Part shown: positions 62,468 to 64,000 of the stretch, one piece after another | How the letters are laid out: every line of letters begins with the position of its first letter | Position numbering within the stretch: position 1 is the stretch's first letter | NCBI GenBank assembly: GCA_965153285.1 | Contig: OZ229113.1 | Length of the DNA: 64,000 bases | From: Podarcis tiliguerta | Lineage: Eukaryota | Strand: one strand, 5' to 3' | Position numbers and translations under genes: made by a program | Notes under the pieces: generated by a model | Told to the model about the DNA's origin: nothing | Databases searched by the model: none | The model's input: the letters and a program-made list of their open reading frames with translations, nothing else

Positions 62468-64000
62468 TGTTTGTCAAGGATAATCAGGAAGCATTCAAGA
62501 AGATGCCCAAACCAGATTTAAGCAAGCAAGGAAAGATGCAACCATGGTACTCCAGTACAGGTTTTCCACAAATGGCATTTTTTCCACAGTTAAACATATG
62601 AAGAACTTATAAGATCACTGCACATGGTGGAGTTGTAGTAGCACTTCCTCAAGGCATTATGCTTCTTGTGTCCATTCTTCTCCATAATGCCATTAGGTGA
62701 GGCACATGAGATTACACATCTCACTGTCAGGGGTTAATGTGGAAATTGCACTTTTGATGTTATGAGTAAGTACGGCAAGAGAAAGCCATTTCCTCTTTCC
62801 CTATGATACCTGTCCAAGTCTCAGAAATAAAAGACTGTGAACAGCGCTGCACTTCTCCACAGCACATCTCAGCAGTAGGGTAGGATATAAGCCAAAATAA
62901 GTTCTGAACCAATTCTGGGACTCAGAAACAAAATTAATGGCCTAACGGAGGGTTAATTTAGAAAAGAGTTACTCTTCTTTTTGCAGTGTTAGCTAATAGA
63001 TATTGAGGTGGAATATTTTCTGCACTGCCCTCTTTTCCCTTTATCCCAGGTAATAATAATGGTTCAGATCAAAGGTCTGGCTGATATTCTGTAACAAAAG
63101 CATGAGGAAAACTTCAGGGAACTCATTTAACATCTGAAAGGCAGATATTTATTGGCAAGGTGACAAATTCAGAACACTCAGCAGCTTGAACAAAAGGCAT
63201 AACTACTAAGGACAGCACACTTCAAGAGAAACAATAAGTACTGGAAAATTCTGCACTCGGGAACTAAAATGTGTATTGCAGAGCTTATTTAATTTTTGGA
63301 ATCAGCAGGTAATACACATATTTAGTAGCGGCAAACTTTCTCTTATACTGACAGAAGGAAGTCTGGGTTCTTAAGCAGCTCTAGTCCTCCTTTGCTTGTT
63401 TTGACTTTCTGAGACTCCCATATTTGCAGGACAAGAAAAATGTTCAGGAGCTAGTTTTCTGTTCCATGCTCTTCTGGAGAGGAAAGGAGAATACTGCTGT
63501 ACCTTCCTTGCCTCTTTTAAACAAAGCTGTTTCCAATTTGTTCCTAGACAAGGTGTCTGTTACGGGTGCAAATGAGGAATCACATATTTCAGAACAGCCT
63601 TTTCCAAACTGATATCCTCCAAATGTTTTGTTGGACTACTGCTGGCATAATCCCTGACCATTGGTCATACAGGCCAGAGCTTGAGGACAACAGGTTGGGC
63701 AGAGAAGTTTTGAAAGATAACCACAACTTTTGAGACAGACATGTTGATGTGGCGTAGTGATTTTGTCTCCTCCTTTGGGGAATATGAGAGAGCCAGTTCT
63801 TACATATAATACCTTTCCTCAGAATTCCAAACAACCAAAAAGAAAACTCTTGACCAAACATTGAAAAGAACATATGAACGGAACTTCATTTCATTTTCTG
63901 TTACAGCTGAAAAATATACTTTGGTATTTCAGTTACTCTTTCAGTGAGTGAGTGAAAATGTAGCCTTCATATAACTATGGCCAAAATGATATCTTGTTAA

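Overview
Eukaryotic non-coding DNA from a squamate reptile. The Sauria SINEs, Squam2/Squam3-type SINEs, BovB and the MITE families suggest a lacertid lizard (inference). I found no host protein-coding exon, so this looks like a large intron or gene desert. It contains L2, CR1, BovB and L1-like LINE remnants, SINEs, solo LTRs, and many hAT (8-bp TSD) and Tc1/mariner (TA TSD) MITEs, some nested three deep. Between these lie AT-rich, motif-dense blocks that look like conserved non-coding enhancers; conservation is not testable here. The most notable feature is a young Ty3/Gypsy element of the sushi/Tf1 type on the minus strand (59005-60898). It has one 763-bp LTR, an 11-nt self-priming PBS and an uninterrupted PEG10-like gag. 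It lacks pol and the second LTR, yet both copies of a 5-bp TSD (CATGC) are present. Gag reads into host DNA and ends at a stop codon overlapping an AATAAA, giving a potentially self-contained gag-only transcription unit. The U3 part of the LTR is also open in one frame and ends in an Arg-rich motif. Boundaries of old repeats are approximate, and family names come from recognition, not from a database search.
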